Part shown: positions 9,105 to 21,004 of the stretch, piece by piece
Layout of the letters: each line of letters begins with the position of its first letter
Numbering within the stretch: the stretch's first letter is position 1
Position numbers and translations under genes: made by a program
The notes under the pieces: model-generated
What the model saw: only the letters and a program-made list of their open reading frames with translations
Database searches by the model: none
Told to the model about the DNA's origin: nothing
NCBI RefSeq assembly: GCF_030373185.1
Contig: NZ_JAUCZH010000002.1
Span: 290,151 to 354,150 of the forward strand
From: Tabrizicola sp.
Lineage (GTDB): Bacteria > Pseudomonadota > Alphaproteobacteria > Rhodobacterales > Rhodobacteraceae
Reading direction: 5' to 3'
DNA: 64,000 nt

Positions 9105-9911
9105 TCAGCGACTGAATGCGTTGAATACCGTCGGGCCGGACTGCCGGTTATCGATCATTGCCAAAAGAGCATTCGGCAAATCCGGGCTGTCGGGGGCAAA
9201 AAGGCCGCACATCTGCAACGAAGCGCGGACCGAAGCCCGTGGAGGCGTGCGTTCCAGCACCACGCGAACTGCACAGGGCAGGTGTTCGCTGTTTGCAGCC
9301 ACCCCCAGCTTGACCCCGTGCAGCGTACTCCAGCGCTGCGAATAGTCGGGAACGAGGATTGTCTGCGTCAGCTCGATCCCGGCACCAACTTCGTAATCTT
9401 GCAGAAAGACCCGATCTCCCGTCATGACAGAGGCCCCGACATAGCGGTATTGTCGTCTGCTGGGCTGGCCAATCGGTCCGATCCGTTCCAGCCTGCGATA
9501 CGTCATCAGATCGCCCTTCATCTCGAAGCCGAGGAGCGAGCGCAACACCAGGCCAGGGGTGGACATTGAGTAGTAATACTCAAAGAACGTCCCTTCCAGC
9601 TTGCGAATGCGATGATCGCTGAAGCGGATCACGCGGTCCAGGTGGCTGCGCAGGTCACGGGTCGACGTGTCGCTGGCAATCCCGCGCAGGCTGACCAGTT
9701 CCGCGAAATCCTCATGCGGCATCATCAACTCATGGACCTCGACGCCAAAGTAATCCCCGATGCGCCGCATCAGCGGCGCACGCGGGATCGCGGTACCGGC
9801 AAGGTATCGGTTCAACTGGCTTCGATGAATTCCAAGGTCAGACGCGACCATCGAGATCGAGGGTCGATAGCTGCACAGTAGCCGCATGTTCTGGGAAAAG
9901 TCGCGGAGCAT
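9105..9911 (-). CDS. XRE-family HTH regulator with an uncharacterised C-terminal domain
   Basis: N-terminal HTH SISMVASDLGIHRSQLNRYLAG...IGDYFGV. Confidence 0.75.
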   Translation of the reverse strand: MLRDFSQNMRLLCSYRPSISMVASDLGIHRSQLNRYLAGTAIPRAPLMRRIGDYFGVEVHELMMPHEDFAELVSLRGIASDTSTRDLRSHLDRVIRFSDHRIRKLEGTFFEYYYSMSTPGLVLRSLLGFEMKGDLMTYRRLERIGPIGQPSRRQYRYVGASVMTGDRVFLQDYEVGAGIELTQTILVPDYSQRWSTLHGVKLGVAANSEHLPCAVRVVLERTPPRASVRASLQMCGLFAPDSPDLPNALLAMIDNRQSGPTVFNAFSR

Positions 9912-10077
9912 GTCTCTTTTTGTCTCTTCTTTCGCGTCACATAGAGATCAAGAGAGACAATTTGCTGAATTGTCAACGAGCACGAGCGCAGGCAGCCTTG
10001 CATCAGAGGTCCAGTAGAGACCGCACGAACGGGGAAGATTTGATGCTAGGGACTCGTCCTTTTGGGCGCGCGATCGC

Positions 10078-11148
10078 TTGCCAGCGCACAGGTGTCCGGT
10101 GACAGGGTCCGGTGCAGGTCTTGCCCGCATCGACGTGTCCGGCGATGCCGCCGCGCGCGGAGAGGTTCTGGGCGCCGCTGGTCGCGATGCAGTGGAACGG
10201 ATTGTCAGCCGCACCCCATTGTGGCAACGCTTGACAGCCCCCGAATTGGCCCCGGTGGTGCGGCGGATGGCAGATGCGACCCGCGTGCTGTTTCCGGAGA
10301 TTCACACCGAAATCGCCGCGATGGCCGAGGGTCTGGGATTGCCCTTTGATGTGGTCTTTGCCTGGAACGCGCGGGGCGATTTGCTGGCGGGCCTGGGCGA
10401 TGGCTGTACGACCGTCCAGATGCCCGGCGATGCGCCCGTCATCGCGCATAACGAAGACGGGTTGCCCGGGCTCATGGGTCGGTGCTTCATCGCAGATCTG
10501 CACTCCGATGGCGCGCCAAAAGCCGTAAGCTTCTGCTATCCCGGATCAATCCCCGGCCACAGCTTTGCCGTGACGGGGGCAGGACTTGTGATCACGGTCA
10601 ACAATCTGCGACTTCGGGGTGTCGCCCCTGACATTCCGCGCATGGTGCTGACGCGGGCGCTTCTGGGCGCGCCCGACCGTGACGCGGCGGTGCGACTGTT
10701 GCGCGATGCGCCGCCCAGCGGGGGGTTTCACCTTTCCATCGGGCAGGTTGGCGCAACCGATATCTGGTCGGTCAGTTTTGGCGGCAGCGAGGTGCATGTG
10801 GTCAAGCATGTCCGCCCTGCGTTGCACAGCAACCATGCGTTGGTCAGCGGGCCGGTCATGTCATGTCAGGCCATCACCGCATCTTCGCGGGATCGTTTGC
10901 AGCGCGGTGGCACCCTGCTGGCAGGCGGCGCCGCCGCGCTGACGATCTTGAACGATACCGGTGGCCCCGGCCTTCCGATCTTTCGCGCCGCACCAGACGA
11001 CCCCGATGATGAGAACACCATCGCTCAGTTCCTGGCGCGGATCACGGCAACAGGAATTGCCTGGCAGGTTCACGCACCCGGGCAGGATTTGCCCACACAT
11101 GCAGGGGTCATGCCCCTGCCCGAGAAAGTGCCGACTGCCAGGCACTGA
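10078..11148 (+). CDS. Peptidase C45 / Ntn-hydrolase (acyl-CoA:6-APA acyltransferase-like); true start uncertain
   Basis: WNARGD...DG|CTT autoprocessing site with nucleophile Cys, AHNEDG, PG..F, HSNH. Confidence 0.85.
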   Translation: MPAHRCPVTGSGAGLARIDVSGDAAARGEVLGAAGRDAVERIVSRTPLWQRLTAPELAPVVRRMADATRVLFPEIHTEIAAMAEGLGLPFDVVFAWNARGDLLAGLGDGCTTVQMPGDAPVIAHNEDGLPGLMGRCFIADLHSDGAPKAVSFCYPGSIPGHSFAVTGAGLVITVNNLRLRGVAPDIPRMVLTRALLGAPDRDAAVRLLRDAPPSGGFHLSIGQVGATDIWSVSFGGSEVHVVKHVRPALHSNHALVSGPVMSCQAITASSRDRLQRGGTLLAGGAAALTILNDTGGPGLPIFRAAPDDPDDENTIAQFLARITATGIAWQVHAPGQDLPTHAGVMPLPEKVPTARH

Positions 11149-11229
11149 CCACAGACAAACCCCGATCGGCACGTCTGGCGGGGCGACGTGCCGGCCCTTC
11201 ATTCCCGCAGCCACAGGAGAGAGACTGCC

Positions 11230-12477
11230 ATGACGACACGTTTCCTGACGACAGCCGCAGCATTAGCCATGACGACTGCGCTGACCGTCCCGGCGCTGGC
11301 CGCAGATTGCCCGATCAAGATCGGTGCCACCGCTCCATTGTCCGCCCCCGGCGCCGTCACCGGTGGCGAAGCAATGCGCGACGCCATGGCCATCGCCGAA
11401 GCCGACATCAACGCCGCTGGTGGTGTACTGGGCTGCGAGGTGCAGGTGATCGTCGCAGATGATGAGGGCCTACCCGAACGGGGCCGCGCCGTGATGGAGC
11501 GCCTGATAACGCAGGATGGTGTGGTCGCCGTTGGCGGCGGGTATCATTCTTCGGTTGGTCTGGCGAACATGGAAGTGGCCGATGCGGCAGGCATTCCGGT
11601 TGTCTATGCCGAGACCTGGAACGATGGCATTACCGGCAAGGGCCTCAAGCACATCTTCCGCATCGCGCCCTTGTCATCTGAAGTGGCACGGATCTTTGCA
11701 GACTTTGCCGCGACGGTGCCGGGCGTGAAAAAAGTGGTGCTGGTGGCCGAGAACACCGACTACGGCCTGCCCGCATCGGAACAGACCAAAGCAGGGCTGG
11801 AAAAATCCGGCATCACCTCGTCGGTCTTCACTGTCGATATCGGCACGCAGGATTTCTCGGGGATCATCGAGCGGATCAAGGCCGAAGATCCCGACATGAT
11901 CATCCAGCTTCTGACCGGCGAGGCCAGCTACAACTTTACCCAGCAGTCAGCCGAGGCCGGGATCGGCCCGCAAGACCTGCCCACCACCTGCGACCAGGCT
12001 GCGCTGGAATCCGGTGCCTTCTGGCAGAACGTACCCGACGGCAACCTGTGCTTTGTGAATGCCGTTGGCCTGCCGCGCGCGCTTTACAACGACAAGACCA
12101 ATGCCTTCGTCGCAGCCTATACCGCCCGGACCGGTAAATCGGCGGCTGAATCCTATGCGATGGAAGCTTACGACTCGATCATGATCCTGGCCGAGGCGAT
12201 GAAGATCGCCGGGTCCACCGACGGGGATGCCATCGTCACCGCGCTGGAAAACATCACCTACCAAGGTACACTGGGCGAGATCAGCTTCCCTTACAATTCG
12301 ACAAATCCGCCGGCTGCGGCGGGCGTTGCGCCCTATTTCTGGCATCAGTTCCCGAACCCCGCGGTGACCATGGTTCAGTATCAGGAACCCGGCCAGCTTG
12401 CGGCGGATGCGCCGAACCTTTTCCCACCGCAGTTCAAGACGGGTGAGCCGGTCTGGCCTGCTTCGGTCAAACAGTAA
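11230..12477 (+). CDS. Branched-chain amino acid-type (LivJ/K-like) ABC substrate-binding protein
   Basis: AGGAGA RBS; Sec signal; IKIGATAPLSAPG, GGYHSSV, ENTDYG, YAMEAYD. Confidence 0.9.
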   Translation: MTTRFLTTAAALAMTTALTVPALAADCPIKIGATAPLSAPGAVTGGEAMRDAMAIAEADINAAGGVLGCEVQVIVADDEGLPERGRAVMERLITQDGVVAVGGGYHSSVGLANMEVADAAGIPVVYAETWNDGITGKGLKHIFRIAPLSSEVARIFADFAATVPGVKKVVLVAENTDYGLPASEQTKAGLEKSGITSSVFTVDIGTQDFSGIIERIKAEDPDMIIQLLTGEASYNFTQQSAEAGIGPQDLPTTCDQAALESGAFWQNVPDGNLCFVNAVGLPRALYNDKTNAFVAAYTARTGKSAAESYAMEAYDSIMILAEAMKIAGSTDGDAIVTALENITYQGTLGEISFPYNSTNPPAAAGVAPYFWHQFPNPAVTMVQYQEPGQLAADAPNLFPPQFKTGEPVWPASVKQ

Positions 12478-12484
12478 GAGGGGC

Positions 12485-13729
12485 ATGCCGATGGACCATC
12501 CGGGGTTCTTTTCCTTGGCCATTCTCTGGATGGTCCTGTGGGGTGCGATTGGCGGGGCGGCCATCCGCCGCGCCTATCTTGCCCGCGATCTTGACGTGAC
12601 AGCCGCGCGCACTGTCGGCGTGGCTGTCGGAGCGGCGACGGGGCCGCTTGGCCTTGTCCCGCTTTACCTGCGGACGCCGACGCTGACCCGCGCTTGGCAA
12701 ACGCTGCCCTGGATCGGGGTTCTGCTGGTGTTCCTGCTGGCCTTCCGGGCCTCGGACCCAGACAACGTCTGCTTCGTCTCGGGCGCCTTCGTCGCCTCGC
12801 AGCTTGTGAACGGGCTGATCATGGGCACGATCTATGGGCTGATGGCGCTTGGCCTTGCCCTGATCTTTTCGATCATCGGCATCGTCAGCTTTGCCCATGG
12901 CGAGTTCTACATGATCGGCGGCATAGTGGTGTACTACATGACCGAGGTCTGGGCCCCCGGCCTTGGCCCTATTGCAGCCGTGATCGTTGCCTGCGCGGTC
13001 ACCTTTGGCATCGGCGCCACGTTCGAGCGTGCCTTTTTCACCCCGATCTACTCCGGCAAGGTGGAACGGCCGAACGAATATGCGATCCTTGTTACCTTTG
13101 GGCTGGCCTTTTTCCTGCAATACCTTGTGCAGGGGCTTTCCGGCGCGAACCCGGTCAAGGCATCACCCTTTTTCGAGCTTCCACGCAGCGAATGGCCGGA
13201 AGGCGCCCCCATCATCGAAACAACCCGGTCGAACATCAAGCTGTTCGACATGATTTCCATCTCGACCCCGCGTCTTACGGCGGCGATCCTGTCGGTGGTG
13301 ATGCTGCTTGCGCTGATCTGGTTTCTCTACAACACTTGGACGGGCCGTGCGCTGCGCGCGACCGCGCAAGACAGGCAGGCGGCCGCCGTTGCGGGCATCA
13401 ATCCGGGGCGGATGAACATGCTGGCCTTTGGTCTGGGCTGCATGCTGGCGGGCCTTGCCGGAGCAGTTCTGGTACAGGCGTTTTCCTGGCTACCCCAGAC
13501 AGGTGCCATTCCGGCGCTCCGTGCATTCGTGATCATCGTGCTGGGTGGGCTTGGGTCGCTGCCCGGAGCCTTCATCGGCGGGCTGATCCTTGGCCTGGTC
13601 GAGGCGGCAGGATCAGGCTGTGTGCCGGACCCGACCCGCGCGGCGGCCTATCTGCCGGCCTACGGCATGATCATCCTTACACTTGTTCTTCTCCTGCGTC
13701 CGCAGGGCCTGTTCGGGAGGAAAGCATGA
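12485..13729 (+). CDS. LivH-like ABC permease with an N-terminal extension
   Basis: QLVNGLIMGTIYGLMALGLALIFS, FAHGEFYMIGG, GRALRATAQDRQAA..GINP, LGGLGSLPGA. Confidence 0.9.
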   Translation: MPMDHPGFFSLAILWMVLWGAIGGAAIRRAYLARDLDVTAARTVGVAVGAATGPLGLVPLYLRTPTLTRAWQTLPWIGVLLVFLLAFRASDPDNVCFVSGAFVASQLVNGLIMGTIYGLMALGLALIFSIIGIVSFAHGEFYMIGGIVVYYMTEVWAPGLGPIAAVIVACAVTFGIGATFERAFFTPIYSGKVERPNEYAILVTFGLAFFLQYLVQGLSGANPVKASPFFELPRSEWPEGAPIIETTRSNIKLFDMISISTPRLTAAILSVVMLLALIWFLYNTWTGRALRATAQDRQAAAVAGINPGRMNMLAFGLGCMLAGLAGAVLVQAFSWLPQTGAIPALRAFVIIVLGGLGSLPGAFIGGLILGLVEAAGSGCVPDPTRAAAYLPAYGMIILTLVLLLRPQGLFGRKA

Positions 13730-14912
13730 TTACCCATGCCCCCAAGGCCGCCGGATATGTCGCGGCCGCCCTTCTGGTGCTGTTCCCGCTGGTCTATTCC
13801 GCTGGTAACTATGACTTCGTGATGCATCTCTGGATCACGGCCTTCTATTACGCCATACTCGCTTCAAGCTGGGCCTTGCTGGCGGGCTATGGCGGCCAGT
13901 TTTCCTTTGCCCATCTCGCCTTCATGGCGTTGGGGGCTTACGGAGCGGGCATTCTGGACAATTATGTCGTTCTGACCTCGCTGCCCACCGGCACCTGCAC
14001 AGAGTTTGGGATCCTTGGCACCAACATCGTCCTACTGCCCCCATCGGGGACAGGCGATGCCGCGGCCTGCCTGACGGCGGCCCGCGCGACATGGCCCGAA
14101 GGGGCCACGGTCAGCCGCTTTCCGCTGCTACTGCAGATCGCATTTGGCGCCATCGTGGGCGGTGGGGCTGGCTGGCTGATCGGCACGCTGGTCTTGCGGC
14201 TGCGCGCGGCCTACCTTGCGCTTTTCACCGTGGGTCTGTCGGAAATCCTGCGCGCGGTCCTGTCCGCCGAGATTTGGCTGACCCGCGGGCAGGCCGGAAT
14301 GCCGATGAGCCCGCTCTTTCCCGACGGCGTGACCATCCTGGGAACATCCTATGGCCCGGCGGCCAAACTGCCCGCCTATTACGTCATGCTGGCGCTGTTC
14401 CTTGGGACCCTCGCGTTGCTTCTGTGGGTGGCGCGGTCACGCATCGGGCTGTTCCTGCGGTCCCTGCGCGAGGACGAAGACGCAGCCGAGGCGCTGGGCG
14501 TCAATACCGTGAAATGGAAGCGGGCGGTCTTTGTGTTGACGGCGGCCATCGCGGCCACGGCCGGGGCGGTGCAGGGGCATTATGTCGGGCTTATCACCCC
14601 CAATACCATCGTCCTTCTGCAGATGTCGCTGGTCATCGCCATGGCAGTGATCGGAGGGCTGGAGAACGTGGTGGCCGCCGCAGTAGGCGCGATCCTGATT
14701 TCCTTCGCGCTTGAATTCCTGCGGACGGATTTCACCATCCTTGGCTTTGAAATCGACATGACGACATGGCGCCTCGTCTTCTTTGGCCTGCTCTTGATGC
14801 TGACACTGCGTTTCCTGCGCAACGGGGTCATCCAAGGGGCATTGATGTGGATCGAACGGCGCGGCGTGGGCGCGGAAACCGTCGCCAAGCGACGCGCGGC
14901 GGAGGAAGCGAA

Positions 14913-14916
<4 letters not shown>
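13726..14916 (+). CDS. LivM-like ABC permease
   Basis: GYGGQFSFAH, LRLRAAYLALFT, LTRGQAG, LREDEDAAEALGVN, IGGL. Confidence 0.9.
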
Positions 14917-15672
<756 letters not shown>

Positions 15673-15680
<8 letters not shown>

Positions 15681-16377
15681 AGTGCGCAACATGGACGTCG
15701 GTTATTACCGCGATCTGAACATCCTTTCGGCGCTGAACCTTGATGTGAAGCCGGGGCAGATCGTCACCATCCTGGGCGCGAACGGAGTGGGAAAGTCAAC
15801 TTCTCTCAAGGCGATCTACGGGTTTCTACGCCCCAATGGCGGCACGATCCACTTGAACGGCCAACCCCTGATCAACGTGCCGACGCACGAACGTATCAAC
15901 CTTGGGCTGGCCTATATCCCCCAGCACCCCGGTGTCTTTCGCGAGATGACGGTCGAAGAGAACCTTCTGCTTGGTGCTTGGACCTTCCGCCGCGACAAGG
16001 CCCGCATCGCCCGCAAACTCGAGGAGCAATACAGCCGCTTTCCGGTGCTCAAGGAAAAGCGCAGGCAGCCGTCGGGGCAGTTGTCCGGTGGCCAGCAGCG
16101 CATGATCGAGATCGGCCGCACCCTGATGGGCAACCCCAGGGTGCTCTTGGTCGATGAACCTACGGCAGGTTTGTCCAAGACCTATGCCGAAGAGGTCTAC
16201 CAGATGCTGCGCGACCTGCGCGACCGGGACAATCTGGGCATCCTCCTTGTCGATCAGGAAATCCGCCACGCCCTGCGGATCGCCGATTACGTCTATGTGC
16301 TGGAACTGGGGCGCAACAAGTTCGAAGGCCCCCCGTCGGAGTTCGGCGATCTGCAAAAGGCTTTCTGGGTGGCGTGA
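15673..16377 (+). CDS. LivF-like ABC ATPase
   Basis: GANGVGKST, LSGGQQRM, VDEPTAGL. Confidence 0.92.
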
Positions 16378-17081
16378 GGATGCGCCCCCCAGTCATTCTG
16401 ATCACCTGCGATGTGCAAGAGGCCGAAGGACAGCCCACCGAAACCCTGCTGCGCTTGCGGCTGAACTACACCTCCGCCATCGCGGCGGTGGGAGGGTTGC
16501 CCCTGATCCTGCCGCCTGCGCCCGACATGCTCGAGTCCGCGCTTGACCTGTGCAACGGGGTGCTTTTGTCTGGGTCAGACGCAGGCGTCATCGTTCCGGG
16601 CCTGCGCGCGGACCACGAAAGCCGCCTGATTGCCCGGTCCCTGGCGCGGCGCTTGCCGATCTTTGGCATCTGTCACGGCATGCAGGCGCTGGGGCAGGCT
16701 TTGGGCGGCACTGTGTTGCGCGACGTTCCAGCCTTGCTAGAGCCTCACTCGTCCCACCTGCCAAGCCCCGTGCCGGATCGCACCGCACATCCGGTGCAAG
16801 TCACCCCGGGCAACTTCTTGCACCGTCTGACCGGGGCAGACAGCATTTCCGTAAACTCGCTGCACCGCCATGCGCTGTCCAGTGATGGGCATTACGTTGT
16901 CACCGCTATCGCACCCGATGGGGTGACCGAGGCGATCGATGCAGAACGAGGGTCGTTTTGCGCGGGCGTCCAATGGCATCCCGAATACCAACTGACCGAC
17001 GCCGATACGCGCTTGCTGGAAGCCTTCCTTGCCGCCGCGCGTGACCATCAACAGAAGTCTGAAAGCGAGACCTGCCCATGA
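16374..17081 (+). CDS. Gamma-glutamyl-gamma-aminobutyrate hydrolase family (PuuD-like, peptidase C26)
   Basis: GICHGMQ (Cys nucleophile), VNSLH, VQWHPE. Confidence 0.85.
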   Translation: MRMRPPVILITCDVQEAEGQPTETLLRLRLNYTSAIAAVGGLPLILPPAPDMLESALDLCNGVLLSGSDAGVIVPGLRADHESRLIARSLARRLPIFGICHGMQALGQALGGTVLRDVPALLEPHSSHLPSPVPDRTAHPVQVTPGNFLHRLTGADSISVNSLHRHALSSDGHYVVTAIAPDGVTEAIDAERGSFCAGVQWHPEYQLTDADTRLLEAFLAAARDHQQKSESETCP

Positions 17082-17941
17082 CCCGGATTGTCCATGTGAA
17101 CGGCGAAACCCTGCCCGAAGCCAAGGCCCGAATTTCGATCTTTGACCGCGGGTTCCTGATGGCTGATGCTGTGTACGAGGTAACAAGCGTTCTCGAGCGC
17201 AAGCTGGTCGATTTTTCCGGACACCTGACACGACTGCGCCGGTCATTGGATGCACTCGAGATTCCCGATCCCCATGACGATGCGACCTGGCTTGCCCTGC
17301 ACCGCGAGATGGTGGTGCTGAACAACCTTGGCGAAGGCCTGATCTATCTTCAGGTCACCCGTGGTGCGCCGGGAGACCGTGATTTCGTCTGGCCCGATCC
17401 GGCCCGTTGTCCGCCCAGCGTTGTGCTGTTCACCCAGTCAAAACCGCAGCTTGCCGACAACCCGGACGCGAGGCGCGGCTGGTCGGTCATTGCGCTCGAC
17501 GATATCCGCTGGGGGCGCCGCGACATCAAGACGGTGCAGCTGCTCTCGTCCTCCTGGGCCAAGATGATCGCGCGACGCGCCGGAGCAGACGACGCCTGGC
17601 TGGTGCAGGACGGCTTCGTGACCGAAGGAACATCGAACAACGCCCATATCCTGCGTGGCGACCGGATCATCACAAGACCCTTGTCCAACGAAATCCTTCA
17701 CGGGATCACCCGTGCCGCCCTTCTCAGACTGGCAAGCGACGCTCGGATCAAGATCGAAGAACGCCCCTTTACCCTGTCCGAAGCAAAGGCGGCCGATGAA
17801 GCGTTCGTTACTTCTGCCAGCTCTTTTGTAATGCCTGTCGTGAGCATCGACGGCATCTTGATCGGGAATGGTAGCCCCGGCCCGATATCCGTCGGGCTGC
17901 GTGAGATATATATTGACGAGATGCGGAAATCTGCATTGTGA
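17078..17941 (+). CDS. dat: D-amino-acid transaminase (PLP class IV)
   Basis: ISIFDRGFLMADAVYEV, IYLQVTRG, RWGRRDIKTVQLL, EGTSNN, ILHGITR. Confidence 0.88.
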   Translation: MTRIVHVNGETLPEAKARISIFDRGFLMADAVYEVTSVLERKLVDFSGHLTRLRRSLDALEIPDPHDDATWLALHREMVVLNNLGEGLIYLQVTRGAPGDRDFVWPDPARCPPSVVLFTQSKPQLADNPDARRGWSVIALDDIRWGRRDIKTVQLLSSSWAKMIARRAGADDAWLVQDGFVTEGTSNNAHILRGDRIITRPLSNEILHGITRAALLRLASDARIKIEERPFTLSEAKAADEAFVTSASSFVMPVVSIDGILIGNGSPGPISVGLREIYIDEMRKSAL

Positions 17942-18026
17942 GTCACTTCTTTCGTGGGCTGACACCACGCATGGTCATGACCTGTGACCTGCCATTGGTC
18001 TTTCATCCAGCCACGACCGGAGCCCG

Positions 18027-18623
18027 GTGGTCATTTACGCCTTTCGGCGCGGGTTGAGCAATCGCCCGGCGCGCGGAACTCTTATCGCGTGCGGCGGGAC
18101 GGGCGATTGCGGCGGTCAGGTGCAGGGCAAAGTCTGCGGGGGTCTGGAAGCTGGTGAAACGACCGGGACGATCATCCTGATCCTGCTGTTCTCGTTCATG
18201 ATCGGCCGGATCATGGTGGCTGAAGGTGTGCCACAGGACTTGACCGAGGCCGTGACCGGGGTGACCGACAGCACCATTCTGATCCTTTTGCTGGTGAACG
18301 CCTTCCTGATCTTCGTCGGCATGATCATGGATGACCTGTCCGTAACCGTCGTGATTGCACCGCTGATGATGCCCCTCGTCATTTCGCACGGCGTTGACCC
18401 GGTACACTATGCCTCGATTGTGGCCTGTTCCGCAGTCATCGGGGCGAACAGCCCACCGGTCGCCCCGATCCTTTACATGGCTTGTCGCATAGGCAAGGTC
18501 TCGATCCATCATGCCGTCGTCCCGGCGCTGCAACTGATCGCCTTCGTCGCCTTGCCTGTCATGTTGCTTGTGACCTTTGTCCCGGAACTCTCGCTGTTTC
18601 TGCCCCGACTTCTGGGATTCTGA
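18027..18623 (+). pseudogene. TRAP transporter large permease (DctM), C-terminal fragment
   Basis: Only about 160 C-terminal aa are recognisable (FLIFVGMIMD, GVDPVH, NSPPVAPILY, LVTFVPELSLFLP); no dctP or dctQ nearby. Confidence 0.75.
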
Positions 18624-18636
18624 GCGACGGATCGGC

Positions 18637-19386
18637 ATGATGAAACTGACACTTGCCCTCTGGCAGCGGGCGTCCATGCAATGGTCCGGGGATGAATTTC
18701 TTCAGGCGCTGGACGAAGCAATGGCGCAGACCGAAGCCGATGTGTTCATCACACCCGAGTTGTGTTGGCCGGGCTACGGCGATGCCCGGTCGTCAAGGGA
18801 CGACGCAGTGGGCCAGGCCAGTTCCCTGATAACGTCGGTGCGCGCCATCGTCCTTGGCTATGCCGAGGCCGATGGAGCCAGGCTGTTCAACAGCGCGATG
18901 TGCATAGATGCCCACGGCGCCATCGTTGCGAACTACCGCAAGCAGACCACGGCCAATGACTATGAACGCCTTTGCTTTGGCAAGGGAAGCCATGGACCGA
19001 TTTTCCTGTTGAACGGGGTGCCGACATCGGTCTTGATTTGCCTGGACGTGGAATTCCCCGAACTTGTCCGCCGCGCCAGCCTGGACGGTGCTCATCTGTT
19101 GATCGTGCCAACAGCGCTTGCCCCAAGGTGGCGCGTAGTACCCGAGATGGTTATTCCGACCAGGGCCTACGAGAACGGAATATTTGTAGCCTATTGCAAT
19201 TACGCCACGGGAAGCGATGCCGGTCCTTTCTGCGGCCTGAGCCTTGTGGCAGGCCCGGATGGGCGCACGATTGCAAATGCCCAATTCGGCGACTGCATTC
19301 TGGAGGCGACGATAGAGTCCGGTCAGGTGGCAGAGGCACGCAGTCATCTGGATTACCTTCGGCATCTTGAACTGTTGCGATACTGA
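18637..19386 (+). CDS. Carbon-nitrogen hydrolase (nitrilase superfamily amidase)
   Basis: Triad Glu (TPELCWPGY), Lys (NYRKQ), Cys (LICLDVEFPE); RAYENG. Confidence 0.85.
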   Translation: MMKLTLALWQRASMQWSGDEFLQALDEAMAQTEADVFITPELCWPGYGDARSSRDDAVGQASSLITSVRAIVLGYAEADGARLFNSAMCIDAHGAIVANYRKQTTANDYERLCFGKGSHGPIFLLNGVPTSVLICLDVEFPELVRRASLDGAHLLIVPTALAPRWRVVPEMVIPTRAYENGIFVAYCNYATGSDAGPFCGLSLVAGPDGRTIANAQFGDCILEATIESGQVAEARSHLDYLRHLELLRY

Positions 19387-19820
19387 TGCTGTCCTGCGGG
19401 GCGGCATCGGTGGCCGACTGCTTCGTCCCGCGACCGGGTCGTTGCCGAGGAAAGAATGCTGCGCGATGCAGGAAGGACTGCAATGCGGGACAGAGGTGCA
19501 GTGCGGCGAACGGCAGGTTCGGGCTGAAAGCGGCCACTGGCCTCAGTCGACCGTCACCTGCCAATTCGGCGAAGACGGGATTGCCACATTCTTTCGTGGC
19601 ATGACGCCAATGCCTCTCAAGATCGTTTCCATGGATAGGGCTTGGGCGGCGCAAACTGGAAGGAAACGCCCGCGACATGGCAGAGATTTCCAATAGCCAG
19701 ACCAGTTTACACAGCCTAAGTTGGGCGTGGCTTGCGGAATTTTCACCAGTTCAGAGCCCTGATGCAGTCTGCACTCTGCTGGGTCTCTGACGCAGGCTGA
19801 AAACGGAGAATGGATTTGTC

Positions 19821-20345
19821 ATGAAACTTGCTGTTGTTCTTTGCACAGTTGTCGGCTTTGGCGCTCCGGCACTGGCTTTCGAGATCGAGGAGATCGGAAC
19901 GATTGAAGCGACCTTCGATGGTGAGAGTATCTCCCAACCGACAGTCATGGTGCGCGACGGGGATGTCGAGCAGGCGACGGCGTTTCTGTTTCTGGCCGGT
20001 GCCGGGATTTCGGCCTTCAGCGTGTCAGGCTACAGCGCGGACAACAAACGGCTGAGCGTCGAAGTCAACTTCCTGGCGGAAGATATCGGGCCTGCGACTG
20101 CGCCCTTCGGCCTGACCATCAGTTATGCGCCAGAAGGCACCGCGCTCCATTGGACATCCGAAGAAGCGCCAACACCTCCCAGCGTGACCTTCTCGACGCT
20201 TGAGATCGTCGGTAACGAAGGCCGCGCTACGGGAACCTTCGCGGCCTTGCTTTGCTATGCTGAAGGGTACGAGTCGGGCGGCGACCCCGAAAACTGTCGC
20301 CCGATCGAAGGCCGCTTCGACACGCCGTTCTTTGTCGAGCAATGA
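19821..20345 (+). CDS. Hypothetical exported protein
   Basis: Sec signal MKLAVVLC...PALA; acidic, beta-rich; C-terminal Cys pair. Confidence 0.75.
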   Translation: MKLAVVLCTVVGFGAPALAFEIEEIGTIEATFDGESISQPTVMVRDGDVEQATAFLFLAGAGISAFSVSGYSADNKRLSVEVNFLAEDIGPATAPFGLTISYAPEGTALHWTSEEAPTPPSVTFSTLEIVGNEGRATGTFAALLCYAEGYESGGDPENCRPIEGRFDTPFFVEQ

Positions 20346-20379
20346 TGACTGCCGGGCAAATCCAGGGAAAGGGCTGCCA

Positions 20380-20958
20380 ATGAACTGGGCGTTGACGACA
20401 ATGAGTCTGTTTGTGATGGCCTGCGCCACCAGCTCCATGGCCAATGAATCATCATACTGCGGCAAGTCCGGCGCAGAGACCTGGGACGAGATCGCGGAGT
20501 CCCTTGTCGGTCACTGGACGATCACCCATCAATCCGGCTACGCGCTTGCGGGCGGAATGGTGATACCGTTCCCGGGTGACCCGGAATTGGAAGTGCTGAC
20601 CATCGCCCAGATTGGCGATGTGCTGGAGGCAAGCCACCCCGAAATGCAGGCCCCGATGGTTCTGCGCCTTGCCGATGAGCCGCGCTGGGCAATGGAAACG
20701 GATGATCCCTCTTTGCCCAAACCGACGCTGACCCTCTCGGATCTCGAACTGGTCGTGGGATGTGAACAGATGGAGCTTCCGCGGATCATCGGCACCACAA
20801 CTGCGGTGGTCGATGGCATCAAGATGGATTTCGTGAACCGATTGATATTGATCAATCCCAGAACCCTTTACGGCGTGATGGAAATGAACACCGTCGCGCG
20901 CGGAACGCCGGTAAGGGCCGTGCGTACCGTTTCGTTGACCCGCGATGTCGCGCAATAG
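20380..20958 (+). CDS. Hypothetical exported protein
   Basis: Signal-like N-terminus MNWALTTMSLFVMACATSSMA; in line with neighbouring genes. Confidence 0.7.
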   Translation: MNWALTTMSLFVMACATSSMANESSYCGKSGAETWDEIAESLVGHWTITHQSGYALAGGMVIPFPGDPELEVLTIAQIGDVLEASHPEMQAPMVLRLADEPRWAMETDDPSLPKPTLTLSDLELVVGCEQMELPRIIGTTTAVVDGIKMDFVNRLILINPRTLYGVMEMNTVARGTPVRAVRTVSLTRDVAQ

Positions 20959-21004
20959 CGCGATTGGCCGGGCAGGATCGCCAGAGCAGAGGGGAGACTT
21001 GCCC

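Noticed and set aside
19386-19800. Several overlapping 60-200 aa ORFs between the amidase and the exported-protein run
   Set aside because: No recognisable motif or consistent frame; probably decayed sequence.
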